This document shows, piece by piece, positions 54,301 to 61,037 of a stretch of 64,000 nucleotides of DNA. The DNA is from a virus (lineage: Duplodnaviria; Caudoviricetes), in the IMG/VR virus record IMGVR_UViG_3300030330_005471, one strand, 5' to 3'. A program made the position numbers and the translations under genes. The notes under the pieces were generated by a model. It did not search any database. It saw only the letters and a program-made list of their open reading frames with translations, and was not told the origin of the DNA. Numbering within the stretch: position 1 is the first letter of the stretch; each line of letters starts with the position of its first letter.

Positions 54301-56425
54301 AACAGACTACACAGACGCAGTTACAGAAACTGGGGATACATTTGGTAGTCCGTCTGGTTTTTCTGGTGGAACTTCGGGCGCTGGTGTTCAAGCAGGACAT
54401 ACGTTTGTGATTGATGGAGAAACATTCGAGATAACTACTGGTGGAGTTTGGGGTGGGGGCCCCAACAGACCAGTATCAGCAGATACTTCAACAGACCAAG
54501 AGTTTTGGGGTAATTTAAGTGGAGCAATAAAGACACATACAGATTTTGACACCATAACAACAGGATCGGGAGGAGCAACTACAACATTCAGCATAACATC
54601 TAGTGTTAACGGAACAGCTGATAATGGTGTTCTCTCCACAGGAATAGGAGATTCTTTTTCAATAGTCCAACAAACAACAGGAGGAGTAGATACTGCTGGT
54701 GCTAGAGATGGCCATGATATAAGAATAACAAACGCAGTGGGACCACCTTCTCACAAATTCTTGTTTTATAGGATAGATGCTGAACACGATGAAACTGACG
54801 GCACAAGTGTTAAATATATTCAGTCCGCTCAATCAACAGATGTTGCTTTTTGGGATCAGTTCCAAACTGTTCTTAATACCAATTTTGCTTCTGATAATCA
54901 AGTAACTGCTTCGTATGTCAACAATGGAGACGGAACAGCCACCTTTACAATAAAAACAACAGACAGTACTACAGTTTGGAATAATGGAGGATCAAACCCT
55001 AGTGCTATAAATCTTTGGCTCAACGACGCAGTGGATGCCACTACATTCCCACAGATAAATGCCGATGCTACTCCCGGAACAGCTTATCATTACTTTGGAG
55101 GAGGAGCAGAAGCTTCTGGTTCTCAACCCGGACACCAGATAGAAATCGCTGGGACGACTATTACTTTGAAAACAGCATCCGTGGGACCAAATGATGTTAA
55201 TATTTCTTCTAGTAGAACAGACCAACAAGTTTGGAATGATATGGATGCATTAATCGATAGCTTCACAAATTATTCAGCATTGCAAGTTGGCGCTGGGCCC
55301 GGTGGAACAAGAGAATTTTTAGTTACTCACGATAACACAGGTTCCGGCAATAGTCCAAACATATCATCAGCTCATGGCTCCTTTGGAGGTATATCAAATT
55401 ATGATGGACAAAGTGAACTTGGTGCCAATGATCCGCACACAATAACAATCGCTGGTGTTGTTTTTGAGATCAGCAATGAACAACCAGCCGGACAACAGAC
55501 AGGTGGTAGTATAATGATATCAGCCTCTGCAGGTTCTGGTAGTGGTGAGGAAATATCAAACGTAGCTTTCTGGAATAATATGCAAGCAACAATGTCTGCT
55601 AATTTACCAAACCATACTGCCTCTTATGTGGACAATGGAAATTCAACAGCAACGTTCGCAATATCAGCATCAACGACAGGTATATCTGGAGATGCCACAA
55701 TGTCAACAACAGGTGGTTCTTTTACAAGCTTAAACAATATAACTGGGGGTGCTGATGGTTTTAGCGGAGTTCAACAAGAACACGGCATAACCCTATATCT
55801 AAGCGGTGGTACAACTCAAACCTATTGGTATAAAGTAGACTTGGAGAATTCAATAACCGACACCAGTATTATTCACGCACCAGATCTTGGTTCAATTTCT
55901 TCTAGTACAAATTCATCGAACTTTGCCTCTAAAAATCTAGAGTTCTGGGGTATATTGTCTCAATCGATAAAAGATAGAACGATATTTGATACCGTCACTA
56001 TTACGCCATACGCTGACAATTTGTCTGCTTCTTTTGCATTCACAGCATCAGCAACGGGTTCACAACATAATGGCGAAATCAGAGAGACTAGGTTTGATGT
56101 TGAGGCTCTAAACTCTTCATTTGATGATGGTGGAGACCCGGGCCTTATTAGAGGTGGAGTAACCTACAGGTGTTGGAATGTGAGTGGTTCGAACTTTACC
56201 AAAACATACGATAACTTCTTCAAGGCAACACAACTACCAGCAACAGATTATCAATATCCTTGGATTCACAATAATACAAAAAATGAATATCACCCAACAG
56301 GTAGTAGTACCGGTAGTAAACAATATACATTAAGATATGCAGATGCAACAGGAAAAATATTATCAAACGGAGTGTACTATAATACATTGAATTTCCCAAC
56401 TGCTTCCATATTTACATTAGACTAG
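45326..56425 (+). CDS. giant (3699 aa) virion protein with about five LamG/concanavalin-like domains and repeated stalk domains
   Basis: LamG motifs SIEFWLK/WHHYAIT/MDEFRFW, SISWWGK/WYHYVFT, VSFWIR/WHHLVL, TISFWAK/YQHYCIV/LTQVSLW; five FW-containing ~100-140-aa repeats near the C-terminus. Confidence 0.8.
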   Translation: MSIKDLFQNNKTNKIIETETIASASAEVEGVSLVREKSKEKEEFIPPIDFATASNFAKFGSAELYYEYAFNRIQQQYPYDGTLAERQEFENNSSYLDRYIFNNLYPRTNGYVNFGINTSGGSKGADGYYTGATNKEYIYVVGGPHTASDGMTGKKLDDTFDLSTIYDASNKRENNLKIDLTVGNSIEFWLKKTGFDSSIAEKEIIYDSTNSDNRHFRIFLSASSDGTSPINVEFATNATTSSYGLGATTLTTSSIADSSWHHYAITMLSQSTGIKTRLYVDSVLNREQVVSSPWDDIKTSTNGVIAALGAKVSDTKGDGQLISSSMDEFRFWKSERTGKQIGQNWFVNLGGGTDDSLDNIDLGVYFKFNEGITTTATTDSIVLDYSGRLSNGEFVGYTSTSRNTGSAIVLSGQTDREYKDPIIYSTHPDVSAKKTELMELGNIADHENTSLFYHLLPSWLVENDSATGKNIKYLCQIMASYFDTLHAQISYMNHIKDEKYFGPELEKDDFTGKQYVSFSDQDKPYPFSQQLLRHRGFIVPNLFVDANLVEEFLEHDVNEKYDRDITEVKNLIYQNLYNNIIDIYKSKGTEKSFQRYLKNFGVDSDLVKLNLYADRATYTLRDNYEYKSVKTNGANFNNADNTDASIYQVSSSEGRTIYNSLHLDATLAYSGTLAFDGSDLSPTSSFSISWWGKPKKRDGAIDQALFSLGDTSYTPTQNQLRMKYSPSSPIRAHIAYRGLNSAGESSFLDAYYPQTQTFDSDDFATNWYHYVFTLEINDSGNEHTASFYRDGVEIPAYLATAQQTYSSPADLAQTNKTFFIGSRHGTNESRNKFRDVILWNGVLTPSQVSDLHQASASYGSPEYSPAGLTKLIWMKPDGDTANNVRSLQNFGSAGPAVLGDDEGSSYGTANSNDINDIVADAPFDDVLAYRKGYIQNPNANTKYSAYTLEAEVLFPRQPSTDSSDYYDKSFTTASIIGFHRIDPDPYPYDEYTFHSNDKTLKVLIASTTNREHSQFIVTGSDGIRLTSSVIPNLYDEQKWNIALRVKNSKYPLANLTGAVDSVSVDVDFYAVCTEDNTIYNTVTMSTSSIANGELYLSSSRKIFVGAEKTNFTGSSVTFSDVVVTDVKYWQSYISNEEVQQHAFDSEAFGVRHPLENDSIFLIDNVSIPQKDTLALHWDFENNTQSDSGGGFTVYDVSSGSSGMTNRYGWMSEITKNKHLGQGIDFVTNSNKAFDKIYLSTARRRIPSSIYTSDMVAVITGSAEVFFQDDEVRDNFYSFEKSMQAVISDEVVKMFATVVGFNNLIGQPENKYRPNYKNMDFLRQQFFESIENEPDQEKFFEFYKWIDDSISYGIKQLYPASARFSDGIMNTIESHVLERPKHQNKFPMLSPSTPEIAQMMSHNEQKYQWGQGHAPNYKTLSNLSNVHCAWQSQRNEDTNSDENNIRRVINTQRPLPKNILRKADGTFYYREQDVKSFHNRPYSFDAVQRNTIHGGINYEINKNREIYKEYIRPHGEVNEFGIPRNVFAVGIGAGQGIVSTKQCDDVTNTISKKKLPFEMLVGRNSDQDGNHPLDDAHSYEHLVKGNHFGPFNLFSASIEPQGYHAIVSASFKTDTLITNLHSDTTDLSNEIPMQGPFTQTHIGGRQSRHLTINRHDTTLITEGGGATTNNIDDQYSRAEEWRMFFGEAPDEAIKDGVFALVGPDYGGPYPDPSRPIARWYRDGRTKRHFSIENIKSNSRVMGNYKNNYEVIAAVGRKENNLRYRSISDTVDFIEPGLKTELPDTTVNASLIAQKASSAGNVAGVSTNLFRTAVEGFRTPEEPGNHDDNSATKSIIVSKFSAPGSFETSTRIFLDGVDGERSVYNALPFRNLTVRSSGSGEADHRRLDSHINKREGLQTMLRRHLGRFGVDPIHGPSHPNTDSEGIASGSYDILSNRQKQHRNNHWKNKEYEVTCSVPSYSSGSFSVLGMSYTGSFATGSFTVTGSTIYGTAASGSFHMSGAYYGGQQASASFKIIGRSINAAPASGSFTVKGRNVPAAYPTANFQISPVPRYGDRAAVGIKYTKNYGDSTTSTINYVASPYNNSEFEIASSTHTDKTVVIKTIAPHVTTAVNHLYMPTWEYRKYLKTNGTKWVPKSGYNYSITQNASNDAVDGDNAGFLVSFWIRIDSSEWSGFDTSNVYPILWIRDANGATSIKIYVKKSGSNYHLYAERHFDQTPSNTAGKYTQTYWNSFFNSANYGDGEWHHLVLNFDNFIWNDAGAVQGGGGYIGGDAGVNVPNGVDPADIDGDQGNAQSIQASPFNTHDASGGGRGGMGWNLWVNKTHYVTSRFNGALAFSPLYDEGSSANTSVPRALHVLEQIGTAIDGGCFNFDIDEMIMFSTSYSLTPHDVTDDEPTIIYGDTNWNNGTNSKVATDNADNVSTTLLPSPSELFNAHSVDTAFGTWLDLSTLSSNKRSRIFAYYSLEATPGDLFYSINPANNNPSDPLNEYVELDAGSGYENPERNDGAPFGLYINRADQRFSNTNPKSVSTFLDDVMGLFTGSFDMKEHQAANDYTNNVVTAYRDTIETDTGFVVTTTSLNGIMSFETVKSHYATKAGTIDRTQTVSVAGTTYSNIKHHSYLDIGDFNTFGSGSGAATVSDGHTHRYSTRGLRWVGETDGSAAEQGPYLYNHDISDAGVIGSTQDLTISFWAKVANTDNSSKYVFVFADDTGDQDLTDGERSIFVYFYEDDLKIRMYSGTGNYITYTIPAVVDTNRYQHYCIVLDRSQMTTHGSQAVYIDGEAVSVPAGVQSGSPTASNRAIRRIFIGDHPAASSLYEYKGHLTQVSLWKTKMISSRVEELYNKGRWKDLLSHREWEHCIAWWQLGDETGVSISGYSNGHPLDGDYVQSSETVLGNGATLEQEYKDYSPFGQFDLTLVAPDSGVKVSHGIIKETANEHNATKTDTYEFWSHVKDKILSQANISAVTARTSGGSGTEGNINSATDSGSINMTYNTQTDYTDAVTETGDTFGSPSGFSGGTSGAGVQAGHTFVIDGETFEITTGGVWGGGPNRPVSADTSTDQEFWGNLSGAIKTHTDFDTITTGSGGATTTFSITSSVNGTADNGVLSTGIGDSFSIVQQTTGGVDTAGARDGHDIRITNAVGPPSHKFLFYRIDAEHDETDGTSVKYIQSAQSTDVAFWDQFQTVLNTNFASDNQVTASYVNNGDGTATFTIKTTDSTTVWNNGGSNPSAINLWLNDAVDATTFPQINADATPGTAYHYFGGGAEASGSQPGHQIEIAGTTITLKTASVGPNDVNISSSRTDQQVWNDMDALIDSFTNYSALQVGAGPGGTREFLVTHDNTGSGNSPNISSAHGSFGGISNYDGQSELGANDPHTITIAGVVFEISNEQPAGQQTGGSIMISASAGSGSGEEISNVAFWNNMQATMSANLPNHTASYVDNGNSTATFAISASTTGISGDATMSTTGGSFTSLNNITGGADGFSGVQQEHGITLYLSGGTTQTYWYKVDLENSITDTSIIHAPDLGSISSSTNSSNFASKNLEFWGILSQSIKDRTIFDTVTITPYADNLSASFAFTASATGSQHNGEIRETRFDVEALNSSFDDGGDPGLIRGGVTYRCWNVSGSNFTKTYDNFFKATQLPATDYQYPWIHNNTKNEYHPTGSSTGSKQYTLRYADATGKILSNGVYYNTLNFPTASIFTLD

Positions 56426-56436
56426 TGGAGAAATAG

Positions 56437-59400
56437 ATGGCAAATTTAATTAAAGATTTTATAGGAATGAACATATTGGTAAATGATCCAATTGAGGATG
56501 AGACCAATGCTCATGGACAAGACACCAATACTTTTGGTTGCACGACTTCTAATTCTTCTTATTCGATAAGTACATCCTTGAGTGAAAGCAAAGTGTTACC
56601 AATATTGTTGACTCACCGTAATGGCCCTTGGGGATATTGCTCTTGGAAACAGATAAGAACAGGCGATAACGCAATTACTCGAAGACAAAGAAAGAATAAT
56701 AAATTAACTTTCGTAAAAGCACCGGTTGAAAAAATATTCTTTGAAGATGGAAAGCGTCGCGTAGTTCCTCTTAAGGACGCAACAATACAAATATATGACG
56801 AACCAGCAGTGGTTTCAAAGCATCAACCGCTGACTATAAACCTATACAGGCAAAGCGGAAGATCTCCAATGTCTCGCGTTTCTCTATTTGCAGATTACAA
56901 CAATAGAATAACTTTTATGTCAAATGATGAAGTCAATTCTCATGCACAAGTTTCTGATATAGAATCAGAACCATATAAGCAAACTTCCAAAATGTATCTT
57001 GGTCGTGCACTCAGGAATCCGTCGAATGTGATAAAGAAATTCGAGTCTTTAAAATTTGCTCAAACCGTTTATCCACCAGAAAAATATACTTTCAAATCAT
57101 ATACAAGAGCAAGAAGTGATGATGATCGTTATGAATACTGGAGAGATTCGAGGCAAAATAGAACAACACAATCATCTGATGGTTTTAGTATCGCTATTAA
57201 CTCTCCAGAGCATGAATCTTCTTGGCCTTTGGATGTATCTGAAGAATGGTTAACGAGAACAAACAATTTAATAACATACCATGGAAAAGACAATGTGGAC
57301 AAAACAAACTCGTTTGGTATATTATGGAATAATTATTCCTTTGCCTATGACGAAACAGACAGTGGTTTTTTATCTCTGAGTCTTAATGCCAAGTTGCGAC
57401 CTGCTTGTTTTTATTCTAGAAGGCATATTATGACATATTCACAATCAGTAGCAAATCCATCAGGTCGACCAGACTTAGTGCCATCTTCTAACATTCCATT
57501 TGGGGAAACTTTTGGCGGTGAAGCATATTGGGATACTCCTATCCAAAGCGGAAAAAAGCCTTTCTATGACACAATATCAGATTACTATGAGGAGTTAAGA
57601 CCAATTTATAAAGATTACTCTATCATACCAGAATTTTCTATGGAACAAAATATAGATTTTTATTTAAATAACGGTATAACTGAAGAAAATTCAACAATGT
57701 TTAATATTGTTGGAGGCGATCAAAATAGAAATGATTCATCTAAACAAGATTTTTACGAAACTTATTCAATGTCAGATTTTCTTAAGAACTTTAATATCGT
57801 TGTTGAAGATCACAAAGATGTGGTTAAACCCTCAACAATTTCATTGACTTGTAAGGCTGTTAAGAAATTTATTCCCTATGAAGGCTTTTACCCCGCTCAA
57901 AGAACCGTTCAGATAGCTCAAACATTTTATGATTCTTATTCAGACAATATTACATTCAAGGATGGTGCTACATTCTTTGCGACACATGGCTCACAATACC
58001 ATTCTGCTCAAGCTTTACTTCAACCATTGTTTGCACCGGGAGTTCTGTTTAATACTATAAAATCTGGCGTCGCGTGTGACTTTTTAACTTACAGCTCAGC
58101 CAGTCAAAATCTTGGGATCATATCATATGATCAAGGTGTTGCTGTGGCTGACTTGTACGGTTTGCAACATTGTAAAGACAGTGTACAAAGAATTCCTTTT
58201 GATGCTTTGTTGGATCCCGAAGAATATTTGGCTAATGAAGAATTTCTTTTGGCTGATTTCCACAGTGCTAGCTACCTCTCCCTTACAAGTTCAGCCATAT
58301 GGGATGGACAAGGTAAGAGAAACTATAAACTTATGGTCGATAACTTCCTAGCAGAAGTGCCAGAATTTTTTCTAAAAAACAAGAACTTTACGAGAATAGT
58401 TTCACAAGAACAAGGCAATCCAAACTTTGGAAATGCTGAGGCTGGAAAAACATATGGAATGAGAGTTAAAATGTATCGTTCAATGGATTCTGGTAGGGGA
58501 GCATTTGTGACCGGCTCTTTTAGTTATCTACCTCCTCAAGATATCGGAGAAGCCAGAGAAACACTAACAATGTATTCCAGACCATCAGCATTCGGTCCCG
58601 AGATAGCAACTGGCTCTGCTGCTTTAGCTTGTTTTGGCACATATGCATCAAAAAATGGATATAATTTTGTGTATACTCCTCCATACTATCATGGAGCAGC
58701 ATACGCAGATATATACTTTACAGCAACTGAGAGTAAAAAGTATACAATAGCTGAGATATTTAATAGTGCTTCTGTAGAATACTATCGCCTATATGATCAC
58801 AATCCACCAGCTGGCCAAAACAACAACAACGCTAACTATTATGCGATGCAGTTGGATGCATCTGTGAATCTATTTGGCCTAGCAGATCCTCCAGACGAAG
58901 AGATTCCCAATGAATATATGTACGATTCAGACGGCGACGGTTTAGTAGATAAGAGAGTTACCAGAATAAATGTAATTGAAAATGCAAATGCACGGTGGGC
59001 TATTCAAACAAAGTTTGAGTGTCCAATATTAAATTTTAACACAATGCAAACTAGCTCCATGACAATGCCGACAAAAGGAGCTGCTTCTGTTCCTATAGGA
59101 ATGTGGCACCAATATGGTGTCGAACCTAGTGGCTCTGAAGGTGTGTTTTTACAAGTTCACAACATCCCAAAAAATTGGAGAGCAGTTGTTAAAAATACAG
59201 GCACTGATGCACAACGTATAGCATCTGCTAAACTGACTGGTTCGCTGAATCACCTAATGGGTTTTTCAAATGAGCCGGTAAAACTTGGAGAAATGGCTAA
59301 CTCAAAAATGCTTGAAGAGGCTGTGATTGCTATTCCGTTTTTTGAAGAAAATGGAGTTCGAAAATTCTTTCCTATTCCACGAACAGATATTAATAATGCT

Positions 59401-60030
59401 ATTGATGGCGATGGAAAATTAGTTGGAGATACAATCATAGACATGGTCAGAAAGATGAAAAAATATCGCTTACCACCACCATTTGATTTTGTCACATATA
59501 ATGAAGTTGATCCTTTCGCAATGTACATCTTTGAATTCAAACACAGATTGAGTAGAAAGGACCTAACAGACATATGGCAAAATGTTAGTCCAACAATTGG
59601 ACACCAAAACATTGAATCTTCTGTTTCAATTACTCATGAACTCTTAGCTCATGAACTTATGGGTGGTGGAGCCGTGACACTTAAAGACGCCAAAGATGGC
59701 ACGATATTGGACGAATCGGCAACTGGAACAGAGTTCGATTCTAAAGTTAGATGGTTAGTGTTTAAAGCAAAAAGAAAAGCAAAGAACAACTATAAGAGAA
59801 AAATGTTGGTAAAAACAGGTACAACAAGTATTAACAGACAAAGAGACAGAGGTGTTCAACTTGATCCTATAGGTTTCCAAAAGGATATTACATACAACTG
59901 GCCACATGACCACTATTCTCTTGTTGAGCTAGTTAAGATAGACGCTGAAGTTGAGTTTGCTAAAATAGAAAAAGATCCCAACACAGCAGCTAGAGTTGTT
60001 GTACCGATAACCAGAGAGGATATAGAATAA
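56437..60030 (+). CDS. large (1197 aa) putative virion protein
   Basis: GGAG SD; long ORF in the structural block; C-terminal YNWPHDHYSLVEL. Confidence 0.65.
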   Translation: MANLIKDFIGMNILVNDPIEDETNAHGQDTNTFGCTTSNSSYSISTSLSESKVLPILLTHRNGPWGYCSWKQIRTGDNAITRRQRKNNKLTFVKAPVEKIFFEDGKRRVVPLKDATIQIYDEPAVVSKHQPLTINLYRQSGRSPMSRVSLFADYNNRITFMSNDEVNSHAQVSDIESEPYKQTSKMYLGRALRNPSNVIKKFESLKFAQTVYPPEKYTFKSYTRARSDDDRYEYWRDSRQNRTTQSSDGFSIAINSPEHESSWPLDVSEEWLTRTNNLITYHGKDNVDKTNSFGILWNNYSFAYDETDSGFLSLSLNAKLRPACFYSRRHIMTYSQSVANPSGRPDLVPSSNIPFGETFGGEAYWDTPIQSGKKPFYDTISDYYEELRPIYKDYSIIPEFSMEQNIDFYLNNGITEENSTMFNIVGGDQNRNDSSKQDFYETYSMSDFLKNFNIVVEDHKDVVKPSTISLTCKAVKKFIPYEGFYPAQRTVQIAQTFYDSYSDNITFKDGATFFATHGSQYHSAQALLQPLFAPGVLFNTIKSGVACDFLTYSSASQNLGIISYDQGVAVADLYGLQHCKDSVQRIPFDALLDPEEYLANEEFLLADFHSASYLSLTSSAIWDGQGKRNYKLMVDNFLAEVPEFFLKNKNFTRIVSQEQGNPNFGNAEAGKTYGMRVKMYRSMDSGRGAFVTGSFSYLPPQDIGEARETLTMYSRPSAFGPEIATGSAALACFGTYASKNGYNFVYTPPYYHGAAYADIYFTATESKKYTIAEIFNSASVEYYRLYDHNPPAGQNNNNANYYAMQLDASVNLFGLADPPDEEIPNEYMYDSDGDGLVDKRVTRINVIENANARWAIQTKFECPILNFNTMQTSSMTMPTKGAASVPIGMWHQYGVEPSGSEGVFLQVHNIPKNWRAVVKNTGTDAQRIASAKLTGSLNHLMGFSNEPVKLGEMANSKMLEEAVIAIPFFEENGVRKFFPIPRTDINNAIDGDGKLVGDTIIDMVRKMKKYRLPPPFDFVTYNEVDPFAMYIFEFKHRLSRKDLTDIWQNVSPTIGHQNIESSVSITHELLAHELMGGGAVTLKDAKDGTILDESATGTEFDSKVRWLVFKAKRKAKNNYKRKMLVKTGTTSINRQRDRGVQLDPIGFQKDITYNWPHDHYSLVELVKIDAEVEFAKIEKDPNTAARVVVPITREDIE

Positions 60031-61037
60031 TGTCATTTTTTAATAAAAAAGAAGACGTATTACATATAGAATTAACACCTTTGGGTAGACATTTGTTGTC
60101 GCTGGGTAAACTTAGGCCACACTCGTATAAGTTTTTTGATGACGACATAATGTATGATGGTGATGCCGGAGGAGTTTCCGAAACGCAAACATCTACTCAC
60201 AAAAGAATAATATCAGACACTCCGAAACTAAAACACAATGGTAACATAAACGGCATCCAGACAAATTCAAATTCAATATTGGTAAAAGATACTATTAATG
60301 GACTTTATGTCGGACCAGAGCACACTCCATTGAGAAAATATTATAACAAAGAAAGTCACGAAAGATATACTGAGCATATAGGCTCCGCCAAGATAGACAG
60401 TGATTTGGCACCTAATTTAAAAGTTGATCTATTCAACGGCTCTATAACATCGGCAAGTAAATTTCTAGAAACCGATATCAATCCAAGACACGTTCCTCAG
60501 ATAGATATAGATGTTGAGTATAAAGTTTCCGTTTTACCATACGACGAAGCTAGTGACGTGCCTATAGTATCAGATTATAAAGATAAATATCGCTCAACAG
60601 ATACTGATGGCAAAGTTTTGGTGGCAATACCCGAAATACCTTTAATAAGAATAATTTCAGAAGGTGATTATGATAACAAAGAAAACTTCGAAATAGCAGC
60701 GTATAAAATCACAATCAACGGCACAGAAGAAGAATATAATCAAATGAAGTTTATTCCACAAATTAAAAGCATAGTCAATGGCATTCTAGTTGAAGAAGTT
60801 GAGGAAGTTACACAAAATGAAGACAATGTTAATGAAGAATATTGCGAATATTTTTTCAATATTGTTGAAGACAAAAACATACCAGAAGAAGACTATTGTT
60901 CAACATTTGGCTCGCTAGAGGTTAAAAATATCTATTTAGATGAAAACTTGCGATGCCCAGATAACGAGACAAAAAATGTAGCTTACAATCCTTACTTTAG
61001 CAAAGTAACAGAAGAAGACATAGAGGACTGTGAATAA
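60030..61037 (+). CDS. putative virion protein
   Basis: TAATG coupling; MSFFNKKE...LTPLGR...YKFFDDDIMYD. Confidence 0.6.
   Translation: MSFFNKKEDVLHIELTPLGRHLLSLGKLRPHSYKFFDDDIMYDGDAGGVSETQTSTHKRIISDTPKLKHNGNINGIQTNSNSILVKDTINGLYVGPEHTPLRKYYNKESHERYTEHIGSAKIDSDLAPNLKVDLFNGSITSASKFLETDINPRHVPQIDIDVEYKVSVLPYDEASDVPIVSDYKDKYRSTDTDGKVLVAIPEIPLIRIISEGDYDNKENFEIAAYKITINGTEEEYNQMKFIPQIKSIVNGILVEEVEEVTQNEDNVNEEYCEYFFNIVEDKNIPEEDYCSTFGSLEVKNIYLDENLRCPDNETKNVAYNPYFSKVTEEDIEDCE

Noticed and set aside
45326-56425. Diversity-generating retroelement target in the adhesin-like protein
   Set aside because: No reverse transcriptase and no template/variable repeat pair seen in the window
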